Positions 48,166 through 58,530 of a DNA stretch of 64,000 nt are shown piece after piece. The position numbers and the translations under genes were made by a program. The notes beneath the pieces are model-generated. The model saw only the letters and a program-made list of their open reading frames with translations. It was not told the origin of the DNA and ran no database searches. The first letter of the stretch is position 1, and the number at the start of each line of letters is the position of its first letter. Origin of the DNA: an uncultured Gemmatimonadales bacterium (GTDB lineage Bacteria; Gemmatimonadota; Gemmatimonadetes; Longimicrobiales; RSA9); assembly GCA_963798845.1 (NCBI GenBank), contig CAWCUS010000006.1, positions 416,001 to 480,000 on the forward strand, in the 5' to 3' direction.

Positions 48166-49351
48166 CGGGACGCTGCACGCGCTGCTGGACGGCGCGCTGG
48201 ATTCCGGCGATCGGGACCGCGCCGCCGCCGTCCGGGCGCACCTCGCCTCGTGTGGGGACTGCGCCGCGCGGCTCGACCAGGAAGCTGCGCTGCGGGACCG
48301 CGCCGCCTCAGTGCTGGGCGCGCTCGAGCCCGAGGCCGTCCGGCCGGACTTCGACGAGGTCCTGATCCGGGCGGCCCGGGACACCGACGCCCCGGCAGGC
48401 ACCGGAAAAGAGCCGGCCGGGCGCGGCCACGTACCCGCGCGCTGGAGCCGATCCCTCGCCTGGGCCGCCACCGTGGTCGTGGCGCTGGGCACCGGCTATC
48501 TCATGGGCCAGCGCTTCGGCTTCCCCGCTCCGGGGCAGGCGCCCCGGATCTCCGGGCCCGCGGCGCGGGCCGCGACGGAATCCGCGCCAGCCGGCACCGG
48601 ACAGAGCCAGAAGGCGGGCACCCGCGCGGACGTGCAGACCGAAGCCCTGCCGCTCGCGAGCCGCCCGGCCACGTCGGCGAGCGGGGGAGCGGCGGCGAAC
48701 GCGGAGAATGGCGCGCCCGCCCCGGTGGCGGAGGACCGCGCGGTGGCGGCGAGGACGGCGTCGCCCGCCGGACAGGAGGCCGGGACGGCGTCGCCCGCCG
48801 AACAGGAGGCCGGGGCGGCGTCGCCCCAGCGCGTTCCGGCGCTGCCGGAGTCCGCGCCGGAACGCCGAGAGGCGCTCGCCGCGCTATCGGACGCGCAGAA
48901 GGCCATGCCGGATTCGGCGAGCCCTTCCATCGCGGGAAGCGTGCAGCTGAACGCGATCGTGGTCACCGGGATGGGCGCCCGGACGGAAGGGGACGCGGGG
49001 TCGTGGCGGCCGGTGGACCGTGGGGAAGCGGCGCACCGGCTGGGCGGCCACCTGCTCCGGCTGCCCGGAGCGGAACTGGGTGCGCTCGACGCGCTCGGCG
49101 ACGCACCGGCCGCACCCGTGCGGAGCGCGCAGCGGCTGCCGTCGGGCGTCGTGGTCACCGTAACGCAGTTCCCGGTGAGCTGGGCCGAGGACGAAGCAGA
49201 CTCCCTGTCCGCCCCCGCGCGCGAAGGCGGGACTGCCGGCGAAACCCGCGTCGTGCTCAGCCGCGAGGACGGGATCACGCTCGTGCTCGCCGGTCCCCTG
49301 TCCCTCGAGCAGCTGCTCCGGCTCGGGCGAGCGGCCGGTCCGATCGACTAG
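48149..49351 (+). CDS. Zinc-finger (zf-HC2) transmembrane anti-sigma factor
   Basis: HLASCGDC, TM segment WAATVVVALGTGY, overlaps the sigma gene. Confidence 0.85.
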   Translation: MPHVDDGTLHALLDGALDSGDRDRAAAVRAHLASCGDCAARLDQEAALRDRAASVLGALEPEAVRPDFDEVLIRAARDTDAPAGTGKEPAGRGHVPARWSRSLAWAATVVVALGTGYLMGQRFGFPAPGQAPRISGPAARAATESAPAGTGQSQKAGTRADVQTEALPLASRPATSASGGAAANAENGAPAPVAEDRAVAARTASPAGQEAGTASPAEQEAGAASPQRVPALPESAPERREALAALSDAQKAMPDSASPSIAGSVQLNAIVVTGMGARTEGDAGSWRPVDRGEAAHRLGGHLLRLPGAELGALDALGDAPAAPVRSAQRLPSGVVVTVTQFPVSWAEDEADSLSAPAREGGTAGETRVVLSREDGITLVLAGPLSLEQLLRLGRAAGPID

Positions 49352-49379
49352 GGCGGCGGCGATCCTCCGGCCCCGACGC

Positions 49380-50576
49380 TCACTCCTCCAGCAGGCGCCC
49401 GGGTCGGATGGCGTCCGGCCCGAAGCGCTCGCGGACGCGATCGGTGGCGCGGGAGAGGCGGCGGTCCCTGTCGCTTTCGAGCGGGCGGGTATCGGGGTCG
49501 TCGAAGAGGACCAGCTGGGTCGGGTCGTCGTGCTCGGAGAAATGAGACACGCCCACGCCGAGGAGGCGCGCCCCAATGCGCCGGCGGCGGCGCAGTGTGG
49601 CGAGAAGATCGAGCGCTACGCCGAGGATGGCGCGGTCCGATTCGAGCGGCTGCTCGACGGTACGGCTGGCGGTGCGGCTGCGGAAGTCCGCGTCCTTGAT
49701 CTTCACGGTCACCGTGCGGGCGCGCAGGGCCTGTCGCCGCAGGTCGGCGGCCACGTGCATGGCCAGCGCCATGAGCTCCCGCTCCATCTCCTCGTCACGG
49801 TGGAGGTCGCGCGGAAAGGTCTCCTCCCGCGACATGGACTTCGCCGGGGCGTCCGGATCGAGGACGTCGCTGGCGCGGCCGCGGATCCGCTCGAACAGCC
49901 AGGCTCCGCGGCCGGATCCGATCATCCCCTCGAGCTCGGCCTCGGTGAGGGTGAGCGCGTCCTTCACCCGGATGAGCCCCATGGCGCGGAGGCGCTCCAC
50001 CAGAACGGGGCCGACTCCCGGGATCTCGCCGAGGCCGAACCCCTCGAGGAAGGACGCCTCGCCGCCTTCCTCCACCACGTGCACCCCCGCCGGCTTGGCG
50101 CGCTCGGCCGCCAGCTTCGCCACCATCCGGTTCGTGCCGCCGCCGATCGAGACCGTGACCTCCGTCTCCGCCTTGACCGCCGCCTGGATGCGGAGCGCGG
50201 TCTCGCGCAGCGACTCGCCATGGTACAACGACTCCGTGCCCGTCAGGTCCAGGAACGCTTCGTCCACCGACGCGGCCTCCATGACCGGTGCGAAGCGGGC
50301 GAGAACGTCGCGCACTTCGCGCGACTTCCTGCTGCACATGTCCCGCGGCACGGGCACCACGGTGGCCTGCGGGCAGAGCCGCAGCGCCCGGGCGGTGGGC
50401 ATGGCGGAGCGGCAGCCGTAGGCGCGCGCCTCGTACGACGCGGACGTGACGACTCCCCGGCCGTCGGGCGCGCCGCCGACCAGCAGCAGCGGCTCCCGGC
50501 CAGCGCCCTCGGGATCCGCAAGGCGGGCGCACTGGACGAAGAACTGGTCGCAGTCCACCAGGAGGAGGCGCTTCAT
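49380..50576 (-). CDS. dinB: DNA polymerase IV
   Basis: VDCDQFF, SASYEARAYG, SVDEAFLD, AKPAG, KSMSREETF. Confidence 0.93.
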   Translation of the reverse strand: MKRLLLVDCDQFFVQCARLADPEGAGREPLLLVGGAPDGRGVVTSASYEARAYGCRSAMPTARALRLCPQATVVPVPRDMCSRKSREVRDVLARFAPVMEAASVDEAFLDLTGTESLYHGESLRETALRIQAAVKAETEVTVSIGGGTNRMVAKLAAERAKPAGVHVVEEGGEASFLEGFGLGEIPGVGPVLVERLRAMGLIRVKDALTLTEAELEGMIGSGRGAWLFERIRGRASDVLDPDAPAKSMSREETFPRDLHRDEEMERELMALAMHVAADLRRQALRARTVTVKIKDADFRSRTASRTVEQPLESDRAILGVALDLLATLRRRRRIGARLLGVGVSHFSEHDDPTQLVLFDDPDTRPLESDRDRRLSRATDRVRERFGPDAIRPGRLLEE

Positions 50577-50687
50577 GGGGTGGAAGCTACGCGGCGCCTC
50601 CGACTCGGGGTAGCGGGGCCGAGGCCGTGGCTCGACGGCGGACCGGAGGGCGCGGCGAGCTGCCCGCACCCTCCTCGCCCCCACCGC

Positions 50688-52355
50688 TCAGAACAGGCCG
50701 ACGATCGTCCCGTCCGGCTCCACGTGCATGCGCTCGGCCGCGGGGTTCGCCCCCAGCCCCGGCATCGTCATGATGTCGCCGGTCTTGGCGACCACGAAGC
50801 CGGCGCCCGCCGATGGCGTCACTTCCCGCACCGTGATCCGGAAGCCCCTGGGCCGCCCCAGCTTCGTCGGGTCATCCGAGAAGGAGTACTGGGTCTTCGC
50901 CATGCAGATCGGGACCTCGCGGAGGCCGATGGCTTCCAGCTGCGCGATCTCGTTCCTCGCCGACGGGAGGAAGTCCACGCCGTCGGCGCCGTAGATCTCT
51001 GTCGCGATCGTTTCCATCTTCTCCGCCAGTCCCATGCCGAGCGGATAGAGGGGCTGGAAGTCCGCCTCGCCGGAGTCGGCCACCTCCACCACCATGTCCG
51101 CGAGCTCCAGGCAGCCCTCGCCGCCCCGGCCCCACGGATCCGCCTCCACCGCACGCACGCCCCACTCCCTGGCGGCCTCCAGCACCGCGGCGACCTCGGC
51201 GTCCGTGTCCGCAGAGAACCGGTTCAGCGCCACCACCGGCGGCACCCCGTGCCTGGCGACGTTCCTCACGTGCGCCTCGAGGTTCTCCAGACCGCGCTTG
51301 AGCGCCCCGACGTTCTCCTTTTCCAGCTCGTTCTTCGGCACGCCGCCGTGCATCTTCATGGCACGCACCGTGGCGACCACCACCGCCACGGCCGGCTTCA
51401 GCCCGCCGACGCGGCTCTTGATGTTGAAGAACTTCTCCGCGCCGAGATCGGCGCCGAATCCCGCCTCCGTGACCACGTAGTCGCCCAGCTGGAGCGCCGT
51501 CTTCGTCGCCACCAGCGAGTTGCATCCGTGGGCGATGTTGCCGAACGGACCGGCGTGGATCAGCGTGGGCGTGCCGCCCAGCGTCTGTACGAGGTTCGGC
51601 GCCATGGCATCCTTCATGAGGAGCGTCATGGCTCCCGCCGCTTTCAGGTCCCTCGCTCTCACCGGCTGCTTCTCGCGGGTGAAGCCGACGATGATGTCGC
51701 CGAAGCGCTTCTCCAGGTCCTTCAGCCCCGAGGCGAGCGCGAAGATCGCCATGATCTCCGACGCCGCCGTGATCACGAAATGATCCTCCCGGGTCGTGCC
51801 GCCGTTGATCCCGCCGACGCCGATGACCACGTTCCGCAGCGCCCGGTCGTTCATGTCGACGGTGCGGGGCCAGGTGATCCGGCGGGAGTCGATCCCCAGC
51901 GAGTTCGGCCGCCACAGGTGGTTGTCCAGCATGGCCGACAGGAGGGCGTGCGCCGACGTCACCGCGTGGAAGTCACCGGTGAAGTGCAGGTTGATGTCCG
52001 CCATGGGCACGACCTGGGCGTAGCCACCGCCCGCCGCCCCGCCCTTGATCCCGAAGACCGGGCCGAGGCTGGGCTCGCGCAGCGTCAGCATCGGGTTCTT
52101 CGAGCGAAGGCTCAGCGCGTCGGCCAGCCCCACCGCCGTCGTGGACTTCCCCTCGCCCGCCGGTGTCGGGTTGATCCCGGCCACCAGGATCAGCTTGCCC
52201 CGCGCCGCGGCGCCGCGCTGCGAGATGTCGAGCGGGATCTTCGCCTTGTACCGCCCGTACGGGATGATGTCCTCCGCCGACAGCCCGATCTTCCCCGCTA
52301 TCTCCGTGATCGGCCGCAGCTCCGCTGCCTGGGCGATCTCGATATCCGTCTGCAT
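50688..52355 (-). CDS. fhs: Formate--tetrahydrofolate ligase
   Basis: PTPAGEGKST, GIKGGAAGGGY, INLHFTGDFHA, CMAKTQYSFSDD. Confidence 0.97.
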   Translation of the reverse strand: MQTDIEIAQAAELRPITEIAGKIGLSAEDIIPYGRYKAKIPLDISQRGAAARGKLILVAGINPTPAGEGKSTTAVGLADALSLRSKNPMLTLREPSLGPVFGIKGGAAGGGYAQVVPMADINLHFTGDFHAVTSAHALLSAMLDNHLWRPNSLGIDSRRITWPRTVDMNDRALRNVVIGVGGINGGTTREDHFVITAASEIMAIFALASGLKDLEKRFGDIIVGFTREKQPVRARDLKAAGAMTLLMKDAMAPNLVQTLGGTPTLIHAGPFGNIAHGCNSLVATKTALQLGDYVVTEAGFGADLGAEKFFNIKSRVGGLKPAVAVVVATVRAMKMHGGVPKNELEKENVGALKRGLENLEAHVRNVARHGVPPVVALNRFSADTDAEVAAVLEAAREWGVRAVEADPWGRGGEGCLELADMVVEVADSGEADFQPLYPLGMGLAEKMETIATEIYGADGVDFLPSARNEIAQLEAIGLREVPICMAKTQYSFSDDPTKLGRPRGFRITVREVTPSAGAGFVVAKTGDIMTMPGLGANPAAERMHVEPDGTIVGLF

Positions 52356-52410
52356 GCGCAGCTTCTCCCCTCATGGTCCATCCATCCACACCGGTCGATG
52401 CGGCGCGCGA

Positions 52411-52439
52411 AGCGTGGCCCGGCCGGTCGCGGGTGTCAA
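52411..52439 (-). promoter_or_regulatory. Putative fhs promoter
   Basis: TTGACA-17 bp-CACGCT on the minus strand. Confidence 0.45.
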
Positions 52440-52537
52440 GTCGGGAAATGTCCGAAAGTGCGCTCGCGCCGCTGGCCCCCCGCCCCTTCTCCGAGGCGGG
52501 CGCTATCGCGGCGGGAGCGTGGGGAGGGGGTGCTGTG

Positions 52538-53434
52538 TCAGGACCGGGTCAGCGTGACCGGCCGGCCCATGGATCCATCGGAGAGGCGGCTCTCGATGCC
52601 TGCTGCGACGGGCGTCGCGAGGATCGCGGTGCGCGCCTCGGCGATGAGGCGACGGGCGACGCGGCCGACCACGACCCGTCCGTTGCAGATGTAGCCGTCG
52701 CTGCCGAAGGCGAGCAGGCCGACATCGAGCTCGTCCGAGAGCTGGAGCAGCTCGTCGACCGGGTCGCCGGTGACCGTGTGGCAGGTGACGGACCTGGCCC
52801 CGCCGGCCTTGAGCTCCGCCACCAGCGAGTTGAAGCCGTCCTCGACCGCGCAGCGGTAGCAGCCCCCCCAGTCCCAGACCGACGCGGCCGGGAAGTCCAT
52901 GGACGGACTCACGTGGGCGAGGTGGAGCTGCCCGTTGGGGCCGACGATCCGGAGGGCCGCACGGGCCGCATCAACGGCCGCGGTGCGGAAGTCGATCCCC
53001 ACCAGCGCGCTGGTCGGCAGCGCTCCGTCACGGGCGATGAACACCGGGGTCTCCGCCAGGTGCAGGAGCTCGATGGCGGTGGACATCCCCTCGGGCGTGC
53101 TCGCATCGACGCCCAGGACCACCATGCCGGCGTGCCTGGCCCGGGCCGCGTTGCAGATCGCGGGAGCCGGTCGGCCGAGCCGCACGTGGACCGGCCAGTC
53201 GACGGGGCCCACCACATCGCGCACGTGTTCGCGGACCCGGGCCGCCACGCCCAGCGCATGAGCGTTCTCGAGCTCGTCGCGGTGGGGCAGGGGCATGGGA
53301 AGCTCGCTGAGCGGCTCGACCACGGAGACTACCTCGACGGGCACGCCCTCGATCTCGGCGAACGCGGCCGCGAAGCGCAGCGCGCTCGCGGCCGTACGTC
53401 CCCCATCCGTGGCGATCAACAGCGGTTCGGCCAA
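52538..53434 (-). CDS. Universal stress protein (tandem USP domains)
   Basis: LLIATDG, GRPAPAI, LVGIDF, GDPVDEL, GRVARRLI. Confidence 0.85.
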   Translation of the reverse strand: MAEPLLIATDGGRTAASALRFAAAFAEIEGVPVEVVSVVEPLSELPMPLPHRDELENAHALGVAARVREHVRDVVGPVDWPVHVRLGRPAPAICNAARARHAGMVVLGVDASTPEGMSTAIELLHLAETPVFIARDGALPTSALVGIDFRTAAVDAARAALRIVGPNGQLHLAHVSPSMDFPAASVWDWGGCYRCAVEDGFNSLVAELKAGGARSVTCHTVTGDPVDELLQLSDELDVGLLAFGSDGYICNGRVVVGRVARRLIAEARTAILATPVAAGIESRLSDGSMGRPVTLTRS

Positions 53435-53747
53435 CTTCCTCCCTCGACTCTCTCGGCCGGAGCGCCCGGCTTCGGGTACAGGATAATGCCCCGGCGTACG
53501 GGATACTGTCGGGATGCGTTCGCATCGGGGGTGGGGCGATGGAGGAAAGCAGTGTCGGGGAAATCGCCCCTGCGCGGTCCTCGCACCTCCTTGCCCTCCC
53601 TTCCCGCGGGTGCCAGCTTGCGGCGCGTTTGCCGGTGAGCGAAGCCGATGACCCGTATCGCGCCCGCCTCGCCGCTCGCCGGCGCACCCACACCCACGCC
53701 GCGGTCCACCCGTTCGGGGCGGCCGCGGTCAGCTCCCGGGGACGACG

Positions 53748-54308
53748 ATGACCACACACGGCTCGGATCGTGACCGGCTGCGGGCCCTGCTCGGCGCCCG
53801 ATCGGTTCGCCACGGCGAGTTCGTCCTTTCGAGCGGGGCCCGCTCCGGCTACTACATCGACGCGCGGGTCACCACCATGTCCGGCGAGGGCCAGCTCCTG
53901 ATCGGCCGGCTCGGGCTGGACACCCTCGACGCCGCGGGGTGGGCCCCGGACGTCATCGGCGGTCTGACGCTCGGCGCCGACCCGGTCGCCTACGCCATCG
54001 CCCACGCCGCGGCGCGGGCGGGTCGCGCGCTGGACGCATTCACGGTGCGGAAGGAAGCGAAAGCCCACGGCGCGGGACGCCGCATCGAAGGCGGTTTCCG
54101 GGCCGACGCGGAGTGCGTGATCGTGGAAGACGTGGTCACCACGGGAGAGAGCGCGCTGCGGGCGACGCAGGTGGTGGAGCAGTCGGGCGGGCGAGTCGTC
54201 GGCATCCTCGCCCTGGTGGACCGCGAAGACACCGGGCGGGACCGCCTCGAGCGGGCGGGGTACCCGCTCGTCACCCTGTTCAGGGCTTCGGAGCTGCTGC
54301 GGGGTTAG
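53748..54308 (+). CDS. pyrE: Orotate phosphoribosyltransferase
   Basis: FVLSSG..S.YYID, RKEAKAHG, VEDVVTTGES. Confidence 0.95.
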   Translation: MTTHGSDRDRLRALLGARSVRHGEFVLSSGARSGYYIDARVTTMSGEGQLLIGRLGLDTLDAAGWAPDVIGGLTLGADPVAYAIAHAAARAGRALDAFTVRKEAKAHGAGRRIEGGFRADAECVIVEDVVTTGESALRATQVVEQSGGRVVGILALVDREDTGRDRLERAGYPLVTLFRASELLRG

Positions 54309-55569
54309 CGCCGGGCTGCGCAGCGGTGTCGGGGCGCGTCACCGGGTACATCCTGGCGAGCACCGGAGCCAGCGTCGGCAGTTCCGAGCGCGCGATCATC
54401 ACGGCCTGCCGGGCGGAGCCGACGCCGGACAGCGCCGCCGCCTTCACGTCCCCCCGTCGCATGCCCCCCCGGAAGCCCAGCGTGTCCGCCCACCCGTTCA
54501 GACGGTCGTCCCAGCGCTTCGCGATCGCCGCCTCCTGCGCTTCGGACGGCGCGAGGCCGAGCGCCCGCGCCCGCTCCACCATGAGCTGATTGCGAGCGCC
54601 CGCCTTCACCAGCGACACCGCGGCGTCCACGTCCCCCGCCTTCGCGGCCGCAAGCGCACCGGGCGGCAGGGTCCGGACGTACTCGCTCAGCTCGGACACG
54701 CCGTACGCCCGCTCCTTCGCGTCGACGGTCCACGCCGCCAGCGCGGAGTCGGGCGCCGCTCCGCTCGCCCACGCCATCACCGCGGGCGTGTCCACGCGCA
54801 TCCGCGCCGCCTGTTCCCTCGCCCAGTCGCTGGCCCGGCCGAGCGCATCCGGCAGGTCCACGAACCGCTGCAGGACCTCGTCGCGGACCGCGTCGAGCGG
54901 CAGCTCCTGCCGCCGGATCAGCCGGATCACATGATAGCCGTACTCCGTCTCGACGACGTCGCTGATCTCGCCCTGCTCGAGCGATGACGCGGCCTGCCAG
55001 AACTCCGCGACCCAGCTGCCCCGGCGTCCTGGCTCGAGCCGACCCCCACGCGCCGCAGCGCCGGGCTCGTCGGAGTACTCGGCGACCAGGCTGTCGAAGT
55101 CCTCGCCCGCCCTGGCCCTCGCGAGCGCCTCCTCGGCCCTCGTCCGCGCCGAATCCCGCGCCTCCGCGGGCCGCCATCGCTGCGCCAGCACCACCAGGTG
55201 CTGTACCACCAGCTCGTACTCCGGATCGCGCTCGTACGCCGCCTCCAGCTCCGCTTCGTCCACGCCCTTCGCCTCGACCGCCACTTCCATGGCAAGGCGC
55301 TGGACCTGGATGGAGCGGAGATCGCGCCGGATGAATGGGCCGGCCAGGTCGTCGAAGCGACCTTCGGCCGTCGCCAGGCCGAAGGCGGTGAGCTGCGCGA
55401 GAGCGCGCTGCTGGCCCGGTCCGAGCGCGCCCAGGTCCTCCTGGCTGAAGCGGACGTCTCCAACCTGAAGAGCCGCAGGGCGTTCGCACGCGAAGACGGC
55501 AACGAGGCAAACGAGCGGTACGACACCGCGCGCGGCTCGCATCCGCCGGAGGCTGAGCCGCGGCGTCAT
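54280..55569 (-). CDS. PpiC/parvulin-type peptidylprolyl isomerase, lipoprotein
   Basis: Lipobox VFA-C; GEDFDSLVAEYSDEPG...GGRL, GEISDVVETEYGYHVI. Confidence 0.85.
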   Translation of the reverse strand: MTPRLSLRRMRAARGVVPLVCLVAVFACERPAALQVGDVRFSQEDLGALGPGQQRALAQLTAFGLATAEGRFDDLAGPFIRRDLRSIQVQRLAMEVAVEAKGVDEAELEAAYERDPEYELVVQHLVVLAQRWRPAEARDSARTRAEEALARARAGEDFDSLVAEYSDEPGAAARGGRLEPGRRGSWVAEFWQAASSLEQGEISDVVETEYGYHVIRLIRRQELPLDAVRDEVLQRFVDLPDALGRASDWAREQAARMRVDTPAVMAWASGAAPDSALAAWTVDAKERAYGVSELSEYVRTLPPGALAAAKAGDVDAAVSLVKAGARNQLMVERARALGLAPSEAQEAAIAKRWDDRLNGWADTLGFRGGMRRGDVKAAALSGVGSARQAVMIARSELPTLAPVLARMYPVTRPDTAAQPGANPAAAPKP

Positions 55570-55582
55570 GGCCGTGCTCCGG

Positions 55583-56689
55583 TTACTCGAGGAGCCGCAG
55601 CGGCATCACGAGGCAGAGGTAGTCACCCTCCTCCTCGTCCACCGGCTCGACGGTGCCCGCCCGCTCCGGCGCCTTGAACGACAGCTTGACCTCCTCCGTC
55701 GGCATGTACCGCAGCACCTCGAGGAGGTAGTTGGCGTTGAACCCGATATCCAGCGGCTCACCCGTATAGTGGAGCTCCATCTCCTCGTGAGCGTCGCCCA
55801 GGTCGGGCGTCTCCACGGAGAGCCGGACCGAGGTGCTCGTGAACGACAGCCGCACCCGGTGCGTCTGGTCGCTGGCCACCACCGCCATGCGCCTCAGCGA
55901 CCGCGTCAGCGTTTCCTTGTCCGCCACGGCGACCCGGTCGTTGTCCTTGGGGATGACCTGCTCGTAGTTCGGGTAGGGGCCCTCGATCAAGCGCGTGTAA
56001 ACGCGTGTTCCATCCTTGCTGAAGCCCAGGTGGTTTTCGCTCCGGGCGACGTCGATCTCATCCCCGGCCTCGAACAGCCGCTGGACCTGCGACAGCGCCT
56101 TCGGCGGGACGATGAGATCCGTGTGCGGCGCATTCGATTCCGGCGCCGGGACCGCGAGCTTCGCCAGGCGGTGGCCGTTGGTCGCCACCATCCGCATCTC
56201 GCCTTCCGCCAGCTGCCAGAGGACGCCGTTCAGGATCGGACGGCTCTCCTCGGTGGATACCGCGAATGCCGTGCGCTCGATCATCATGGAGATCAGATCG
56301 GCAGAAATCCGCCAGCTCTGATCGAAATCGACCTGGGGAAACGTCGGGAACTCGTCCCGCGCCATCCCGTTCAGCCGGAAGGTAGCCCTTCCGCAGGAGA
56401 GCTCGAAGCGCTCCCCCGTGGTGCTCACGTTCACCGGTGCCTCCGGCAGCTCGCGCGCCAGCTCCTGCAGCTTCTTCGCCGGCACCGTGATCGCCCCCGC
56501 TTCCTGCACCTCGGCCGGAACACGAAGCGTTACGGCAATGTCCAGGTCCGTGCCGCTCATCTGAACACCATCCTCGGCCGCTTCTATGAGGATGTTCGAA
56601 AGCACGGGGAGCGTGGTGCGCGTCGGAATGCTGGCGCCCACGGCGGCCAGGCCCTGCTGCAGGTTGTCCCGCGTGATCGTGAATTTCAT
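55583..56689 (-). CDS. dnaN: DNA polymerase III beta clamp
   Basis: MKFTITR, LPVLSNIL, ATNGHRLA, GPYPNYEQVIP, LVMPLR. Confidence 0.97.
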   Translation of the reverse strand: MKFTITRDNLQQGLAAVGASIPTRTTLPVLSNILIEAAEDGVQMSGTDLDIAVTLRVPAEVQEAGAITVPAKKLQELARELPEAPVNVSTTGERFELSCGRATFRLNGMARDEFPTFPQVDFDQSWRISADLISMMIERTAFAVSTEESRPILNGVLWQLAEGEMRMVATNGHRLAKLAVPAPESNAPHTDLIVPPKALSQVQRLFEAGDEIDVARSENHLGFSKDGTRVYTRLIEGPYPNYEQVIPKDNDRVAVADKETLTRSLRRMAVVASDQTHRVRLSFTSTSVRLSVETPDLGDAHEEMELHYTGEPLDIGFNANYLLEVLRYMPTEEVKLSFKAPERAGTVEPVDEEEGDYLCLVMPLRLLE

Positions 56690-56980
56690 TCGCCCCTCAG
56701 GTTGGATCCTGGTCCGGGTCCGCCTGTTTTCCACGCCCCATCCCTACTACCACGTCTCTTAGGACTCTTACCCGTAGTAGTAATAGGGGGTGTGGATCCG
56801 TGGACAACTTCACCGCCTCGACGCCCCTGTCCTTGAGCCACAATGGCTATCGCCGTGTGCTGATGCTGTGGAGGAAGCGTGGACTGCACCGGCGCGTAGT
56901 CCACGCTGCCCACATCTCGACGGCCAATGTGGAAAACTCCGCCGATTCCCACAATGCTCGAACGGTTCCTTTCCACGATG
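56690..56980. other. Chromosomal replication origin (oriC)
   Basis: dnaA-dnaN intergenic region; DnaA boxes incl. TTTTCCACA (minus, 56928-56936); box pair 56791-56808, GC spacer and DnaA-trios TAGTAGTAATAG (56775-56786). Confidence 0.85.
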
Positions 56981-58342
56981 TCAGCCGCCCATTTCCGCAC
57001 GCAGACGCTCGACCCGCTGGCGCATTGCGCCATCCTCGGCGATCTCCTGCTCCACCTTCTTGATGGAGTGAATGACCGTGGAGTGATCGCGGCCGCCGAA
57101 GTGCTCGCCGATGCGGGCGAGAGGGAGGTCCAGCAGCTCGCGCATCAGGAACATGGCGACCTGGCGCGGGACCGTGACCTCCTTGGTCCGGCGCCGGGAG
57201 GTGAGCGCCTCCACCGGCACATTGAAGGCCTCGGCCACCCGCCTGCGGATGGCTTCGGGGGTGCGCTCGGCGTCGGGCGCGAGAACGCCGCCCAGCGCTT
57301 CGCGCGCGAGCTCGATGGTGATGTCGCGCTGCGTGAGCGAGGAGTAGGCGAGCAGCTTGATGACCGCTCCCTCCAGCTCCCGGACGTTGGAGCGGCAGTG
57401 GTGGGCGATGTATTCGAGGACCTCGTCGGCGATGACGATCTCGCCCTCTTCCGCCTTCTTCCGGAGGATGGCGACGCGCGTCTCCAGGTCCGGGCTGCGG
57501 ATGTCGGTGACGAGCCCCCACTCGAAGCGGGACACCAGGCGCTCTTCCAGCCCGGGGATCTCCTTGGGGGGCCGGTCGCTCGTGACGACGATCTGCCGCT
57601 GCGCCTCGTACAATGCGTTGAACGTGTGGAAGAATTCCTCCTGCGTGCGCTCCTTCTCGCCCAGGAAATGGACGTCATCGATCAGCAGCAGGTCGATCTC
57701 CCGGTACCGGCGGCGGAACTCCGACATCCTGCCTTCCTGGATCGATGCGATGAGGTCGTTCGTGAACCACTCGCTCGACACGTAGGCCACGCGCCGCCCT
57801 GGATCGCGCGCGAGAAGCACGTGACCGACGGCGTGCATCAGGTGCGTCTTGCCGAGACCCACTCCGCCGTAGATGAAGAGCGGGTTGTACATGCGCGCAG
57901 GGGACTCCGCCACAGCGCGCGCCGCAGCGGCCGCGAGCTGGTTGTTGCTTCCCACCACGAAGCGGTCGAACGTGTACCGATCGTTGAGGGGAGCGCCCAC
58001 GGGTTCCGGCGCAGGCGCGGCCCGCGACGGTTGCTCCCGGGAAGGCTGGGCGGGCGAGGGGATCGTCGGACCGGCCGGGCGCTCGCGACCCTCTGCGTGG
58101 TGCTGTACGGAGATCGTCAGGCGCCGCCCCAGCACCTCCTCCGCCAGGTCGGCGAGCATACGCCCGTACTTGTCCTCGATCCACTCCGCCGCGAACTCGC
58201 TACCCACGCCGATGGCCAGCAGATCCTGCGACAGGGCAAGCGGCTTGGTCTCCGCGAGCCAGATCCGGAAGGTCGGCTCGGGGAGCTTCGTCCGGGCTCG
58301 TTCGAGAATCCGGGACCACGCCTCGTGGGCGGTCAGCTCCAT
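56981..58342 (-). CDS. dnaA: Chromosomal replication initiator DnaA
   Basis: YNPLFIYGGVGLGKTHL, LLIDDVHF, RDHSTVIHS. Confidence 0.98.
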   Translation of the reverse strand: MELTAHEAWSRILERARTKLPEPTFRIWLAETKPLALSQDLLAIGVGSEFAAEWIEDKYGRMLADLAEEVLGRRLTISVQHHAEGRERPAGPTIPSPAQPSREQPSRAAPAPEPVGAPLNDRYTFDRFVVGSNNQLAAAAARAVAESPARMYNPLFIYGGVGLGKTHLMHAVGHVLLARDPGRRVAYVSSEWFTNDLIASIQEGRMSEFRRRYREIDLLLIDDVHFLGEKERTQEEFFHTFNALYEAQRQIVVTSDRPPKEIPGLEERLVSRFEWGLVTDIRSPDLETRVAILRKKAEEGEIVIADEVLEYIAHHCRSNVRELEGAVIKLLAYSSLTQRDITIELAREALGGVLAPDAERTPEAIRRRVAEAFNVPVEALTSRRRTKEVTVPRQVAMFLMRELLDLPLARIGEHFGGRDHSTVIHSIKKVEQEIAEDGAMRQRVERLRAEMGG

Positions 58343-58462
58343 CGCATCGTGTGAAAATCCAGGCAGGATTCGGTGCCGCCCGGGCAAGCTAACGGGCCGT
58401 CGCCGGATGCGTCAACGGGCGCCCTCCGGCCCGTAACCACGCGAAAAAACCCATCCCCGGGC

Positions 58463-58491
58463 TTGACCTCCACCCGAGCCGCGCCTATACT
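58463..58491 (+). promoter_or_regulatory. rpmH promoter
   Basis: TTGACC-17 bp-TATACT. Confidence 0.7.
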
Positions 58492-58530
58492 TTCGATCTT
58501 TGCTATTCACGACGATACCGAGGACGACCA

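Noticed and set aside
48754..48826. 30-bp repeat (ASPAGQEAGT/ASPAEQEAGA) in the anti-sigma gene
   Set aside because: Ordinary low-complexity linker duplication with no sign of separate function.
52356..52537. ZTP or THF riboswitch upstream of fhs
   Set aside because: No recognisable conserved motif, and the putative promoter leaves only ~50 nt of leader.
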